64,000 nucleotides of DNA. Origin: Octopus vulgaris. Its lineage: Eukaryota. The stretch covers positions 5,828,001-5,892,000 of the forward strand of contig OX597824.1 of assembly GCA_951406725.2 (NCBI GenBank), given 5' to 3'. Positions within the stretch are counted from its first letter, which is position 1. Each line of letters starts with the position of its first letter. The position numbers and the translations under genes are program-made. Positions 30,141-43,572 of the stretch are shown in pieces. Under the pieces are notes generated by a model, which was not told where the DNA came from, made no database searches, and was given only the letters and a program-made list of their open reading frames with translations.

Positions 30141-30532
30141 AGAAATACTAAATTTCTAAATCTCTCGTAGAGACATGTACGGTGGTGGGGCGATGGAATG
30201 ATTGTATACTGTCAATCTAACACGAACGTGACAGTAGGGGGGTACACCACCGTTGTTTAGCCCTAGGAAGAATCGACGCCCCCTGATGGCTTTGACACAT
30301 TTTTCCTGTGTCCTTATATACATTTACGAAGGGGAGACAAATACCCTCAGCTGCCCGGGCTGCATCTAGGGACACGTGTTTCAGGATGATTGTCCTTCGT
30401 CGGCCTAGAGTAGCAGACACCGGTCAGCTGATGATATCTGTCTCGACTCGTAATGTATATATCTAAATTTCAGTGAAGTCTATTCACTGACCGTACGTGG
30501 CTCTACGAGAGATTTAGAAATTTAGTATTTCT
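30141..30532. mobile_element. MITE-like element with 43-bp terminal inverted repeats
   Basis: AGAAATACTAAATTTCTAAATCTCTCGTAGAG.CA.GTACGGT (30141-30183) is the reverse complement of 30490-30532 with 2 mismatches; GC-richer interior; TSD not clear. Confidence 0.8.
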
Positions 30533-32649
30533 GATTTTGATAATCAGCGAATAGACTGATTTATTTTAAAATTATTTATTTTTAGCTTGCCGTTAGTTTA
30601 TATATCCGGAGTGGTTAACAAGATCAGCCTCATATTAACCCTAGAAAGGGTTAATGATGTCAAAGGGGTTTCCTATTCTTTGTATCTCGTTCTAAATTCA
30701 TGTGTATAATGCAATTTTCGTCATAGCATATGCTTGTACGGAATATTATTTTTTTATCTGTTTCCTCATCATTTACAATTATTTCTTACTGTTCCATTCT
30801 TTATATTCGACTTAAGGCAATGTATATTATTACCAGAAGGAAAATCTTCAATGCTCCAATACATATATTCCAATACAAAAGACTTACACTTCAACGAAAT
30901 TAAGCCAGACAATGGTTTCCTTGCATCCTACACTTCTTGGTCCGTGGAAAATCAACAGCTTTTCAGACATCTCGGAGAGGAGGCCAAAAACATTTTCTCA
31001 GCAAAATGTACAATTATTGGAAGACTTTAGTGTTGTGAGCAGTAGCATTAGGACAAGTATTGTCGTACCACAAGACAAATTCAAGGAAAGAAAAATACCA
31101 AATCGTATTAACAGTACCATCGACTAACTCTGCCCGTTAAAATCCGAGACTTGTGCGAGATCAGAAACCACTATTATACATGGTGTTTTGTTATTTTCCA
31201 GTACTATCCTTAAATTTTAATTCGACCTCGTAGTCAGATTTTATTAAGTTAAAGATTTACTCAAAGCGTTACAGAGGTACTGGTTATAAAATTTCAAGTA
31301 AAAAAAAAGCTATGTAAACATTTTCAATTTGTTTTCTGCATTTGTTCGGGAAGCGCCTTGGGATATTGTATATTTTTTTTACACATTCTACAGTTGTTAG
31401 AGTTAACCAGTTTCAGAAACCAAAGCCTAGAATACTGCTTTATCTAGTTAGTCACTGACTGCTGCATCCGCCCAAAGGCTTTTTGTAATGTTCATAGTTA
31501 TGCAGGAATCCATGTACTGCACATGCCTCTGGCTATGTTGTGCATGTGCTGCTTTAAAAAAGCGCAGTTCCTCTAATAATGTCGCTCCAACAACAATATC
31601 AGATGTAGTAACCGGTAAAAATATAAACAGCTATTGTTTGTTCAGTTTAAATAAGCAAGCCCTATATCAGTTTCCCTCGTTTTTCTTTTCTTTTTAGTAT
31701 TTCTTACCTTCCTGACATAGATTTCGTCGATCTCACCTGTTTGGTTATCTCCAAATAGAAAGCATTGAACAAAAGCGTTATGATGCCTACATCATGACCA
31801 GAAGCAATGCGCCCTATGTCCATTTATCTGATGGACGGATATGTTAAACATTTTTGGACAACTTTAGCAAATATAACATTCTACAATCTTCCAGGTAGCC
31901 TCGTTAGTGCTACCTTGTTTGAAAAGCTCGGTTTGAAGGCTCGGTTTTCCTTTTCAAACAAGGATAGAAGTTCACAATTAAAACTAGTTTCACTTGTGCC
32001 TCGGAGAACCTAATTTATGTAATAACCTGCTCGGGTTGCGGACACGAGTATGGCCTTGAGAAAGAGAACCACTCTACATAAAGAGCAAATCCGTTTCCCG
32101 CAATACAGAAAAATACCTCTCATATAGAAAAATGTGCAGGTAACTTCAAACCGAATTTCACAGTCTTCCCTTTCTACCAGTGCAAAGACAAAATCTCTTT
32201 ACAAGAACGTTTAAATAAAGAAACTTTTTGCATTGAAAAATACAGAACACGTCTTAATATGCATGCATAACCAACTTTTATTGTTTTACATATTTCAATT
32301 CACGATTACATCACTGTACATATATCCCCTCACTAAACAAGGTTTTCGAAACTTGTCTTTGTACATATATATTCCCCTCCTATTACCGAAAGCTGAACAG
32401 TTATCTCCCTTACCCACAACAATAACAACAATAACGATAACCAATTACTTCTCCTTTTTTATCTACTTGTGAAGTCATTCACTCGTGAATTTCATCACAT
32501 CATACCCAACATGTACAAAATTTCTTCTTAAGAAATAATACATATTCAAATAAGTAAAACATAATATCATGAATACCGATAACGAAAGGTCGATATATTA
32601 AAAATTATATTAAAACAATGTAAGTGTGCGTATTTTCCTTTTTTAATTT

Positions 32650-32703
<54 letters not shown>

Positions 32704-32749
32704 TAGTAATGTATGTGTTTAAAATTTGTGTATCTATACATACGTATAA

Positions 32750-32910
32750 TTCAAATTTACAGAAAACCAAAGACGAAGACAGGTGAGGGAACAAAAAACA
32801 GGTGAATTATTTTGACGCTCGGGTTGAATGGAAAAGCCTTTGTTGTTCTGGGCCTACGCTTTTCGACATTGTTGAAAAGCAAAAAAATGGTGAGAGAAAA
32901 CGTGTGCTGG
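32750..32910 (-). mobile_element. Penelope-like terminal-repeat fragment, same family as 55500-55690
   Basis: GAAATTTA.AGAA..CAA..GACGAAGACAGGTG...AACAA.AAACA..TG.ATTA.TTT.AC.CTCGGG..AATGGAAAAG.CTTT shared by both copies. Confidence 0.55.
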
Positions 32911-33284
32911 GATCCAGGGATGAGTGAGAAAAAGGGAGATTGACGAAAAACGCTAAAAAGTCAATAATTGCTCAAATAGATACGAAGCTTAAAATACAAT
33001 TCTTTCGTTTTGGTCAGACAGTTCCGTGCTAGGAATTTAGATATAACAATAATTTTTAACAAGATGGTATGGAAGTGTAAAATAGCAGATAAACAAGAGT
33101 AGGTGTAAGAACTGTAGTCTATGGAATGCTGCTTATTAAAATATATGCATGATGTAATAAATTTTATCTTTATTAAATCATTCATTTTTTTTGTACATAC
33201 GCAACTTTCCATATAAATACACTCCTTATCATTACTTTCGTTTATCTACGCTTTATACTATTTGTTTGTGTGTGCATGTATGTG

Positions 33285-33348
<64 letters not shown>

Positions 33349-34179
33349 CGTGTGAGCGTGCGTCTATCGGAGGTCTCAGATGTCATACAAAGACAAATCA
33401 ATATGCGGAACATGTAGATGATTTATATACTTGCAATAATATAAACGCTCGGATGATAGCCACTGTCTGTTTCGAAACATAACAACTTCACCATTTCAGA
33501 CATAGGAGTGATGTCGCATGAAACGGAAGAAACCTTTACATATATTATTTTTCTGTCCTCTTGGTTTTCCTCTGATGGCACATAAAGCCTATATCTAAAA
33601 ATAGTAAATCTGGCTTTAAAATATTTTCAATGTATTACGTTTTTCATCGTGAAGCAAAAAAACCTTCGAAATTCCTTTTACTTACTCATAATCTGCAATT
33701 ATGATATATGGCTGAAATTTATGGAGACATAATTGTCTTAATTTTTGAAAATCTAACTCTAAGAAGCATGGATTTCATTACTTATAAACTATCCCTCCAT
33801 CTTCAATGGAATTATATTTAATCCATCTTTCACATATATTTTATCGGAATAATAAAATATATATATATTTTTTGTTTGTTGGTTTTCGTTTTATTCTAAG
33901 CCGGGTTGTCTGGTGGAGATGAAATATTTTCTTTCTCTTTTAACAAAAAGGCAAAATATGATATGGTATGATATTAGGAATTCTGAAAGACATGTTGGTA
34001 ATTAATTAACGGGAACTCTTTTTTCTGGATTTGACATAAAGTAATCCGGAGGCAAAATCTTCTTAAATGTGTCTTGGTGCTTATTAATTACAAGGAAATT
34101 GGATTTGGAAACGTCGTATGTGTTTTCATTTTCATTATACACATGTATGTATAAACCTGTCACTAATACTAATATATAA

Positions 34180-34244
<65 letters not shown>

Positions 34245-34327
34245 ATACATATATATACATATATATACACTAAGATAAATAAAAATTTACATATATGTGT
34301 ATATATATATACACAAAGATAGATATA

Positions 34328-34372
<45 letters not shown>

Positions 34373-34711
34373 GTATGTGTGTGTATATATATATATATAT
34401 ATACTACATTCAGGTTATTCAATCCGTTTTATAGCTGTATTCTATCTATATATTAGCTTCATATAATATCAGTTATATAACCTCGTTCATGTCCCATCTC
34501 TTGTCTATAACAATTCCATAGGTTTGTATCTATATCTATATCTATATTTATTTACTTATTAGTAAGATGTCATTGCAATAGAAGAATAACTGTCAAATAT
34601 GTCCGATATTTATATGAGACCCGCGTGATCTATCAACTGAAATCAACTTATATCTTGTGTTATTGCTTTAGTGTATAATGAATTTGCGAAGCATTAACTT
34701 TGAAGGGGACT

Positions 34712-34797
34712 AACATCATCATCATCATCATCATCCTCATCACCATCATCACCATCATCACCATCACCACCATCATCATCATCATCATCATCATCAT

Positions 34798-34828
<31 letters not shown>

Positions 34829-34948
34829 ATCATCATCATCACCACCATCATCATCATCATCATCCTCGTCATCATCATCATCATAACCACCACCACCACC
34901 ACAACCACTACCACCACCACCATCCTCCTCCTCCTCCTCCTCCTCCTC

Positions 34949-34980
<32 letters not shown>

Positions 34981-35112
34981 CATCATCATCATTATCATAA
35001 CTACCACCACCGTCATCATCATTACAACCATCATCACCGCCATTACCATCGTCTTCGGCATCACCATCATCATCATAGACAACTGCCCTATCACCGTCGC
35101 CATTATCACCGT
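34712..35112. repeat. Compound trinucleotide tract (CAT)n/(CAC)n/(CCT)n with higher-order duplication
   Basis: Directly visible; the (CCT)n-(CAT)n-CAC block occurs twice. Confidence 0.95.
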
Positions 35113-35367
35113 TTTATTAAAGCGATAGATTCCATGCGACTCCCATACATCACATATTTGATTGCGACAGATAAAAGTCTCTTCTGGCATTGAAAATTCT
35201 CATTCCTTCCATATTCTACCAATACCGTAGTTCCTCGATGTCTTCTCCTTAATGTACAAGAAGGGTTGCACGAAAGATATACACGAAAGCTAGTTTCTTT
35301 TCCTTTATGTATATATAGACACTTCCTTTATACACACACACACGGCCCCCACACATATATACACACA

Positions 35368-35452
<85 letters not shown>

Positions 35453-35509
35453 GGATCTATTTATGTATTTTGGGTGCAATATTTTATATTGACACAATAT
35501 ATAATGGAC

Positions 35510-36237
35510 AAACTGTAATGTCCAAAGCGGTTGTTGCTGCATACTGGGCGCAACTGGAAGGCAAATGGACATTATTATTTCAATATTGAGTATATAATAG
35601 CAGTTTGTTATATTCATATTAAATATGTACACATGCCCACTTGAGAATAATACATCAGGAATGTATGGAGTAAAGAGTTTGATTTGTAAAATAAAAAAGC
35701 GTGAATGACCGAGGAAAAAAAGACAACCTGTCCCACATGCATACCAGCCTCCCCCGTCAACGACACTGATGTTACCCAAGGGTAAAGCGGCCGCCAATGC
35801 AGCTTGGCACCAATGACGTCACAACCCATTTTTACACTGGATTAGACTGGAGCAACGAGAAATAAAGTGCCTTGCTCAAGAACATTGGCTAAGCTGGGTC
35901 ATTTCTCCTGCCCTAGGTTTCTTTAATTTATGCAGCTTACCTAGGCCATAGATAAGTTCTTCTTTTCTTTTTAAATGTTTAAACAGACGTCTATGTGCTC
36001 TGGCTGCTGAATATAGGCTAGGACATTTGTTCTGCTGATGATGACTATGAGGGTAGAAACATGGATCAACGATTATCTGCTTATCAAGGAGCCTGAACGT
36101 TTTCTTAATAGCATGTTAGCCGCACGCTGTTGAACGGCAATTGTGGAACAACCTCTAGAGACGGAGATAATGCTTATAAAGCAAGATTTAATATTCTACA
36201 CATACACACACACATAATTATATACATATACATACAT

Positions 36238-36299
<62 letters not shown>

Positions 36300-36563
36300 A
36301 CATATATTGACACTTCCTATGTGTCCTTCTCTTTTTAAACATACAGGTTGTCATTTTACTGTTTTATGCTGTTATTATTAGCAGATCTAATACATACATC
36401 TCCTTTGTCGACTCACACTTATTAATTGTAATGTATAATATATTATGTACATAAAATGTTACATAATAAATGCGAATTATATAAAATCTTCATTGTATTC
36501 GTATAAAACTGTAATTTCCAAAGCGGTTGTTGCTGCATACTGGGCGCAACTGGAAGGTAAATG
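35510..36563. repeat. 58-bp direct repeat pair, 996 bp apart
   Basis: AAACTGTAAT(G/T)TCCAAAGCGGTTGTTGCTGCATACTGGGCGCAACTGGAAGG(C/T)AAATG at 35510-35567 and 36506-36563, 2 mismatches. Confidence 0.95.
35803..35885 (-). mobile_element. SINE family D (CORE-like) fragment
   Basis: GACTGGAGCAACG.GAAATAAAGTG.CTTGCTCA matches 60640-60680. Confidence 0.7.
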
Positions 36564-37707
36564 TGTGGTCGCTGGTATTTGAAGACAACGAGTATAGAAT
36601 ATGAAGTAGTATTTTCCTGCAAACCTGTCAACGGCATGAAACATAGTGATAACATGACCTTTCTTAAGGAAGGCTATAAAATTCTTAATAACACCTGCAT
36701 CTAGATTTTGGAGAGGTATTTCCATGCTAGGGCCAAAGAAAAATATGTCAGCATCACAGCATTGAATGTTAAATTTATAGAGTTACTCTGTCACTCAAAA
36801 GCTATTATTGAAATGATTGATTTGCCAAAAGGTGCGTATCATTGAATCTATGAAGCCGACAAGTTTAGAAGCACAATTGAAAAATAATTATGCTGACAAC
36901 AAAAAATACTGATTTATCTTATTATAATGCGTGCCAAGAACAATTTTGCAAAAAGATGACATTGTGTAGTAGGCTTTTTTCCGCAAGAGCGCAAGAAAAT
37001 CATAGGTTTCACAGCTCTTAAAACTCTCCATTAATGATTGCCAAATTCAGAAAACCACAAACTTATTATAGAAGAATCTATCCAACCGGTTTGTTAGTGA
37101 ATATCTGCGTATAGTGCAGCATATGTCAGCGACCGTCATAACCATTATAATACCCTGGAGAAATAACACATTATAACGATGAACTGGCGAACTGTGCAGT
37201 GGCATGGACGACACAAAAAAGTTTTAAATGACCACTCAGGTTTTGTTACAGGTGGATGAATCACAACTATGAAGGAATGAACATGTACTGTGCGCTAAAT
37301 TTCGGTTATAAAATATCTCAAGATTTATTAACACGAACGAATGGTTAGAGACACTAAAAGAGAATCGATATTTTTTCGCTGCAGAAGTGGTTAAGACGGA
37401 GTTTCGTAAATGGCGCCGTGTCAGCATCTTTTCATTGTTCGCTTATACCAGAGAGTGACTATAGTATTGGCTTTGCATTAAGCGATTCATCGAGAACGTT
37501 TAGTTTTTAGAGAAAAATGCTAATTGTTATATCAAGGAAAATCAAAAATAATTCTCTCCTTGGTAAATTATTTGGCGGATTGTGTATTTTTCAAACCTTT
37601 TTTTTTTTCCACAGTTAGTAAATATTATGTCTAGCATATTCTTTTAATTTAACTCATTAATACAATAAATCACTATTTACTAACTATGATTCTGTATTGA
37701 TGGAAAT

Positions 37708-37768
<61 letters not shown>

Positions 37769-38433
37769 AATATGAAATGATTTCTATATTTTCTTTCCCT
37801 ATATAAGGTTCTAATATTTATTGGAATTCTTTGGAAATTATCTAAAGGATATTTATTTAAAATTCACAATACAAAATTATGGCTGTTAAATTGTAAGGGA
37901 TATTGAAAACCTCTAGAGCATTAGTAGTCTCTATTCTCCCTTCTCCACTAACATCAGCCTACTAGCTTTTGCTATAATACATTCAAATATGTCTAAACTA
38001 AATTCCTCGAAATCAGGATGGATTTATGGCTTTGACATTTGTACTACCCCTTCCTCTATGTATAGATAGAAAAAATTATTGTTTGTCTCCATTCAACCAC
38101 GAATAGAAATACCCTCCCCACTGATAGATCTAAATAACAAAGTGAACTCAATGATAAAATCTACAGACCGAGAAGAACATACTACCACCATGTTCTTAAT
38201 GATGAAATTAACCTCTCTGTCTATATATCTACACTCTTTGTAACGTTGGCAATTGAAATAAGTATAAGAATGTGTATTGTCCGTTTAATTAAAAAATTCT
38301 ATATGTGGCTGAAGATTGCTCGACATTTAAAAACTGATGTAATACTTACAGTGTTTAATAAAATGAAGTAGCATGAAACAATTGTACTATACTACCTTGG
38401 ATATCCTTGTTGCTAAATTTGATATATATATGT

Positions 38434-38482
<49 letters not shown>

Positions 38483-38488
<6 letters not shown>

Positions 38489-38762
38489 CGTGATCACCAT
38501 TACCGAACAGGCTATCAGATGTTACTACACATCGCTGGTCACAATGCGCTTCGCATTGTTTTAGCCTTCAAATGACGCCACCCCGCGGGCTAAGCGAGCA
38601 GGCCAACAGAAGAAAGAGTGAGGGAAAGTTGTGCCGAAAGAGTACAGCATGGATCGCCACCACCCCTGCCGCTCAATAAACACTCACAACGCCCGGTCTG
38701 GGAATCGAAACCTCGATCCTACGACTGCGAATCCGCTGCCCTAACCACTGGGCCATTGGGAC

Positions 38763-38766
<4 letters not shown>
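38483..38766 (-). mobile_element. tRNA-headed SINE family C, alternative 3' tail, inserted in (TA)n
   Basis: Head and centre match 43192-43380 (AATGGCCCAGTGGTTAGGGCAGC..GGTTTCGATTCCCAGACCGGGCGTTGTGAGTGTTTATT); 3' third is unrelated. Confidence 0.85.
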
Positions 38767-38823
<57 letters not shown>

Positions 38824-39208
38824 GTATGTATTTAACGGTCTAAATTACATCATCAATATTGTGAAATCGATAAATTGAAAGTCTATTCGTACATGCTGAT
38901 AAGAGCTTCGGAAACATCTGTGTGTTTGGAAGCAATGCTTTCCAATAGTAGAAGCATTGTACCAAATCCAATTGATTTACGCATTCGCTAACGCCAACCA
39001 GTTGCTAAGTGATTATTCATATATTTCATTGAATACACTTTTGTGTATGACACGACATATATGAATGATGAAATCGTTGGCACGTACAGCTGCGCCAAGT
39101 GTGCGTGCGTGAGCGTGTTTTGGGGTCTATGTGTGCGTTCGTGCATGTTATGTACACATCTCTTCGTTGGTTTCGAATATAAATTAAAATGGAATACTGC
39201 GTACATAA

Positions 39209-39289
39209 ATAATTTGAACTCAGAACGTAAATCCGGACGAAATATCTCTAAGTATTTCATTCGGCATGCTATTCTGCCAGCTCGCCTCT
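39209..39289 (-). mobile_element. SINE family B head fragment
   Basis: AATTTGAACTCAGAACGTAAA...ATTCTGCCAGCTCGCC. Confidence 0.7.
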
Positions 39290-40235
39290 TTTGAATAAGT
39301 ACTCATAATGAAAGATTTACTGATGGAGGCGGGAAATATCGAAAGATTAATCAAATTTATTGCAAAGGTCGTGTATAGAAGGGCCTAACAACATACATGC
39401 TTACATACATCCCTGCATGCACACTGGCCTACTTATATGTGGACATGCATGCAAGCGTCCTACTGACTTTGTAAATATCCTTCCTAAGCATTTATAAGAA
39501 CAGCAATCATGTGACGTATAAAATGTTATGAATTTGATTGGAAAACTATTTTTATTTAATCTAACAAGGGACTAGAAAAGGCAGGTCCTCAACAAGAAAT
39601 AACAACAGATGTCTTTCGACTGAAAACGAATCAAATTGAGCTGACGTGTATGAAGCAAAAGCCTAAATGCAGGAACATAGGAGATGATGCACATTATTTG
39701 AGAATTTTCGTGTTTTATGTAGAATTTTTTTTTGCAAAATTTGAGAATTTGAGAATGACAAATTTTCTACCATTAATATATGCGCTGACATATATGTGTA
39801 TTTTCCCACAAAATATCTGGAGGTTTTCCAATGTTAGAAATCCATAAAAAAGAGCTTGAAATTGGTAAGGTGGAAGAATGGAAGACAGGCAGAAAATTTG
39901 AAGTAGGGCTTCATTTTGGTCCTTATATAGTCTGAGAGAATTGTTAGAGCGTTTCAAAAATTATTTGACATTCTATATTCAAATTCCGATTTACTCAACG
40001 TCCCCATTGATCCATAAAGTAGAATTCTAACTCCATCATCAAAACAATTGGGGTCCTTGAGCATATATTGGTATCCATTATTAAATTTTTTAACCTAAGA
40101 AGCTCAATTTAACACACATTCAGTATACTGTCGATGAAAGTCTTGTTTGTAATATGCTAATTTATTCCATGTTGTGAAATGGTTATAACTGCGGAGTCCC
40201 AAGTTGAATACTTGCAATAGCTGATCTCATTCTGT

Positions 40236-40690
40236 AGGGTGGTAAGCTGTCAGAATCGTTTGCATGATGGGTAAAATGCTTACTATCATTTCGTCAGTGT
40301 TTTACGTTCCGAGTTCAAATTCCGCTTGAGATCAAATTTCATTATTTCGGAGTCGGTAAAAAAAAGAACAAGTTGCACCGTGGGGCGAACGGTCACAAAC
40401 AAGGATATTTGGGAATATTTCGCGGTCTTTACGCAATGGAAATATACCATAATTGTTGGACTTGTGCTAAACTATGGAACTAATATTTAATCTCCTTCGG
40501 CAAGACGGTAGGTGAGCTGGCAGAACATATAGCATGCCGAACAAAATGCTTAGCAGCATTTCGTCCGTCTTTACGTTCTGAGTTCAGATTCTCTCATCTT
40601 TTCGGGTTCGATAAAATAAATACCAGTCATGTACTCGGATCGATGGAATCGACTGTCCCACCCACTTGTGCCTTTAATATAAAGAAATAT
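40236..40690 (+). mobile_element. Two adjacent old family B SINE copies (~40236-40390 and ~40510-40690)
   Basis: Heads GGTGGTAAGCTGTCAGAATCG and GGTGAGCTGGCAGAAC; both contain TTTACGTTC.GAGTTCA.ATTC. Confidence 0.75.
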
Positions 40691-42048
40691 CTTATCTAAT
40701 TCTTTATGTCCTTCAACTGAATCCACTCCTTGTCGAGTTTGCATTTCAAAACCTAAGTGCCGATAAAACTGTAATATAATGTACAACGGTGCATACTTTG
40801 ATTTAGAGGCAATATGTCAAGAACTGCAATAACCATGGTGCCTTTATATCTTTAAATATATCAACATTTGTGCTGATATACATATTTATGTGTGTGTGTG
40901 TGTGTTGTTATTATTTCTTGTAAGTTGATCTACATAACTGACCCCTTCCACTGAGCCTTAAACGACATCGACACTCTCCATTTTGTAGCTATTTGTAATC
41001 AAGTCTGAAAATGAAAATCTATGATATTTGTTACCATTAAATTGACTCTCGTCGCCCTCGAGCAAGAATCAACTTTCTGCTTTATCGAAGAAACAAACAA
41101 AAAGAGAGAGTTTCTGTAACATACAACATATCTTTAGGCAGTCAAAGGACAAATAATTACACGGGTAAAGAAAGAATGATACGAACAGAAAAGAAAATGC
41201 GCGTAATGTTAGAATGCTGGATGGTTTAATGTTGTTCATGACATTTGAAATTCATTAGATTTTTAAATGTCGTAAGATTTATGAAGTGTCGTAAGTATTA
41301 TGAAGGTAAACATTTTGAATTCGAAGATTCGAATTTGTGAGAATTTGAAACGTTTTGTCTATTCTATGTATTTTCATTGCGTGAAGACTATAAAAAAAAT
41401 TGAACATATCCATGTTTGTGACCTTTTAAGTATCAACTTTGATACAGTCAACATCAACGAAAAAGAAATGTTTTTGCACTGCTAAGATCAGAACGAAAAA
41501 TCAGAAAGGAAAACTGGAATTATTTTCGAAAAGGTTAGCAATTATTTTTGCTTATGGCAACACGCACATAAAAAATAGAACAACATCGAAACATAAATAA
41601 TGCAAAAGAGAACTTACAAATCAATTGTTTTTTTCGGATAGGAAAACGTGAATCAAAGTCACAGAGGGTGTTCTTGAATATGAAAGAGACAAAAGAGAGA
41701 AGCAGAAAGAAAATAGTAAATAAAGAGGGAAAAGGAATTTTAGCGGATGATGTTGAAAAACGAGTTAAGTTTTTGGTTTTTCATTATTTTAAGTACAGTG
41801 AAAGGACGTCATGCTGGAGAGCACTTGGCTCCATTTTCTGCAAAGAAATGCTACTAGGATTGCCAAAGCCAAAAGAATGGCTGATGTTGTACATCGACCT
41901 GCTAGACATCGCAGCGAAATGTCTATTAAAAGCTACCTCACTTCTATGAGATCGTACGTTATATTCAGTTATAATATCCTATCTATCGTTTGAATAACAT
42001 AGTGGATAATCCTGGTTGGAAGGATTAGATACAAGCAACACTCGCTGC

Positions 42049-42262
42049 TAATAATCCTTTCCACAATAGGCACATGGTCTACCGTTTTGGCGGAGGGGGG
42101 GTGCTAGTCGATTACATCTCGGCCAGTGCTCAGCTAAAACTTCTTTCATCGACCCACAAAAGATGGAACGCGAAGGCGACCTCGGTGGGATTCGAACGCA
42201 GAAAGTAAAGACGCTATGCATTTTGCTTGGCATGTTAACGATGCAGCCAAATCACCGCCTTA
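42049..42262 (-). mobile_element. SINE family B, older subfamily with the ..GGAAAGGATTATT tail
   Basis: ATAATCCTTTCCACAATAGGCACA tail end, GTCGATTACATC, ATCGACC, CACCGCCTT head end. Confidence 0.72.
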
Positions 42263-42350
42263 CTTTCAATAAAGATGATATTATGAATTTCCATACTTAG
42301 AAAATTACTATTTGTAAGTCTCACAAAGAGAGATATTCAGCAGCAGTACT

Positions 42351-42688
42351 TTGGTGTAAAGATTATTTGCCAACATAACATGGCAGTCCTGGTTTAGGAC
42401 GAATGTTACTGTAATTTAGCCCCAGGAGACATCGTTTCCAACTGGCTACACGACATGACCTGTGTCCTTATATTTTCGAACAAGGGTTGCTAGGTACCCT
42501 TGTCCTTATATTTTCGAACAAGTGGTGCTAGATTTCTTGAGTGGGGTGCTAGAGTCCCTTGCTCGAAAATATGACACATCTCGTGTCGTATAGTTAGCTG
42601 GAGACGATGTCTTCTGGGGATAAATTACAGCAACATTCGTCCTAAACCTGGACTGCCATGTTATGTTGCCAAACAATCTTTACTCCAA
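42351..42688. mobile_element. Fold-back/MITE-like element with ~135-bp inverted arms
   Basis: 42351-42486 is the diverged reverse complement of 42556-42688; the centre repeats TGTCCTTATATTTTCGAACAAG..TGCTAG. Confidence 0.85.
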
Positions 42689-42760
42689 TTCCATACTTGT
42701 TTATTTTCATTATACAGAAAGCCCAATTCTAGTGATACGGAAATAGTAACTGTTTCATAG

Positions 42761-42818
<58 letters not shown>

Positions 42819-42962
42819 TGATGAAAGAATTATCCTTTGTTTACCGTTAACATGGAAAATTCAATAAACAGTTACCAGGGTAACAAAATTCACGCAAGTA
42901 ACAAGGATGTTGCGACCTATTCAAAGGTACAAACTCTGGGTTAATGTGCAGTAATTTGTGTA

Positions 42963-43068
42963 GTATAAGTAAAGAAATGGAGTTGAATGCAGATGCTATT
43001 CAAATTCTTTGACTTTCGACATATGTTTTAAATAGCATCTGCGTTCAACTCCATTTATTTACTTATAC
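42963..43068. repeat. 42-bp inverted repeat with a 22-nt spacer
   Basis: GTATAAGTAAAGAAATGGAGTTGAATGCAGATGCTATTCAAA versus 43027-43068, 3 mismatches. Confidence 0.92.
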
Positions 43069-43099
<31 letters not shown>

Positions 43100-43191
43100 A
43101 ACGTGTGTATGTGTGTGTGAGTGCGTGTGCGCGCGCAACCACAGGGAGGTTTTGATATTCTCACTTCAAACAGAAACTACACCACCAGTGT

Positions 43192-43572
43192 GGAGGCGCA
43201 ATGGCCCAGTGGTTAGGGCAGCTGACTCGCGGTCATAGGATCGCGGTTTCGATTCCCAGACCGGGCGTTGTGAGTGTTTATTCAGCGAAAACACCTAAAG
43301 CTCCACGAGGCTCCGGCAGGGGGTGGGGTGATCCCTGCTGTACTCTTTCACCACAACTTTCTCTCATTCTTACTTCCTGTTTCTGTTGTACCTGTATTTC
43401 AAAGGGCCGGCCTTGTCACTCTCTGTGTCACGCTGAATATCCCCGAGAACTACGTTAAGGGTACACGTGTCTGTGGAGTGCTCAGCCACTTACACGTTAA
43501 TTTCACGAGCAGGCTGTTCCGTTGATTCAGATCAACCGGAACCCTCATCGTCGTAACCGACGGAGTGCTTCA
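43192..43572 (+). mobile_element. tRNA-derived SINE family C, full length (tRNA-Arg-like head; possibly related to octopus OR SINEs)
   Basis: A box TGGCCCAGTGG, B box GTTTCGATTCC; TSD ACAC(C/T)ACCAGTGTG at 43179-43192 and 43576-43589. Confidence 0.9.

Noticed and set aside
34660-35190. His/Met/Arg-rich ORFs suggesting a structural protein
   Set aside because: Pure trinucleotide runs with almost no synonymous variation and no splice context
43192-43270. tRNA-like sequence
   Set aside because: Continues into a SINE body flanked by a TSD, has a second copy at 38.7 kb and lacks a proper acceptor stem; a SINE head, not a tRNA gene
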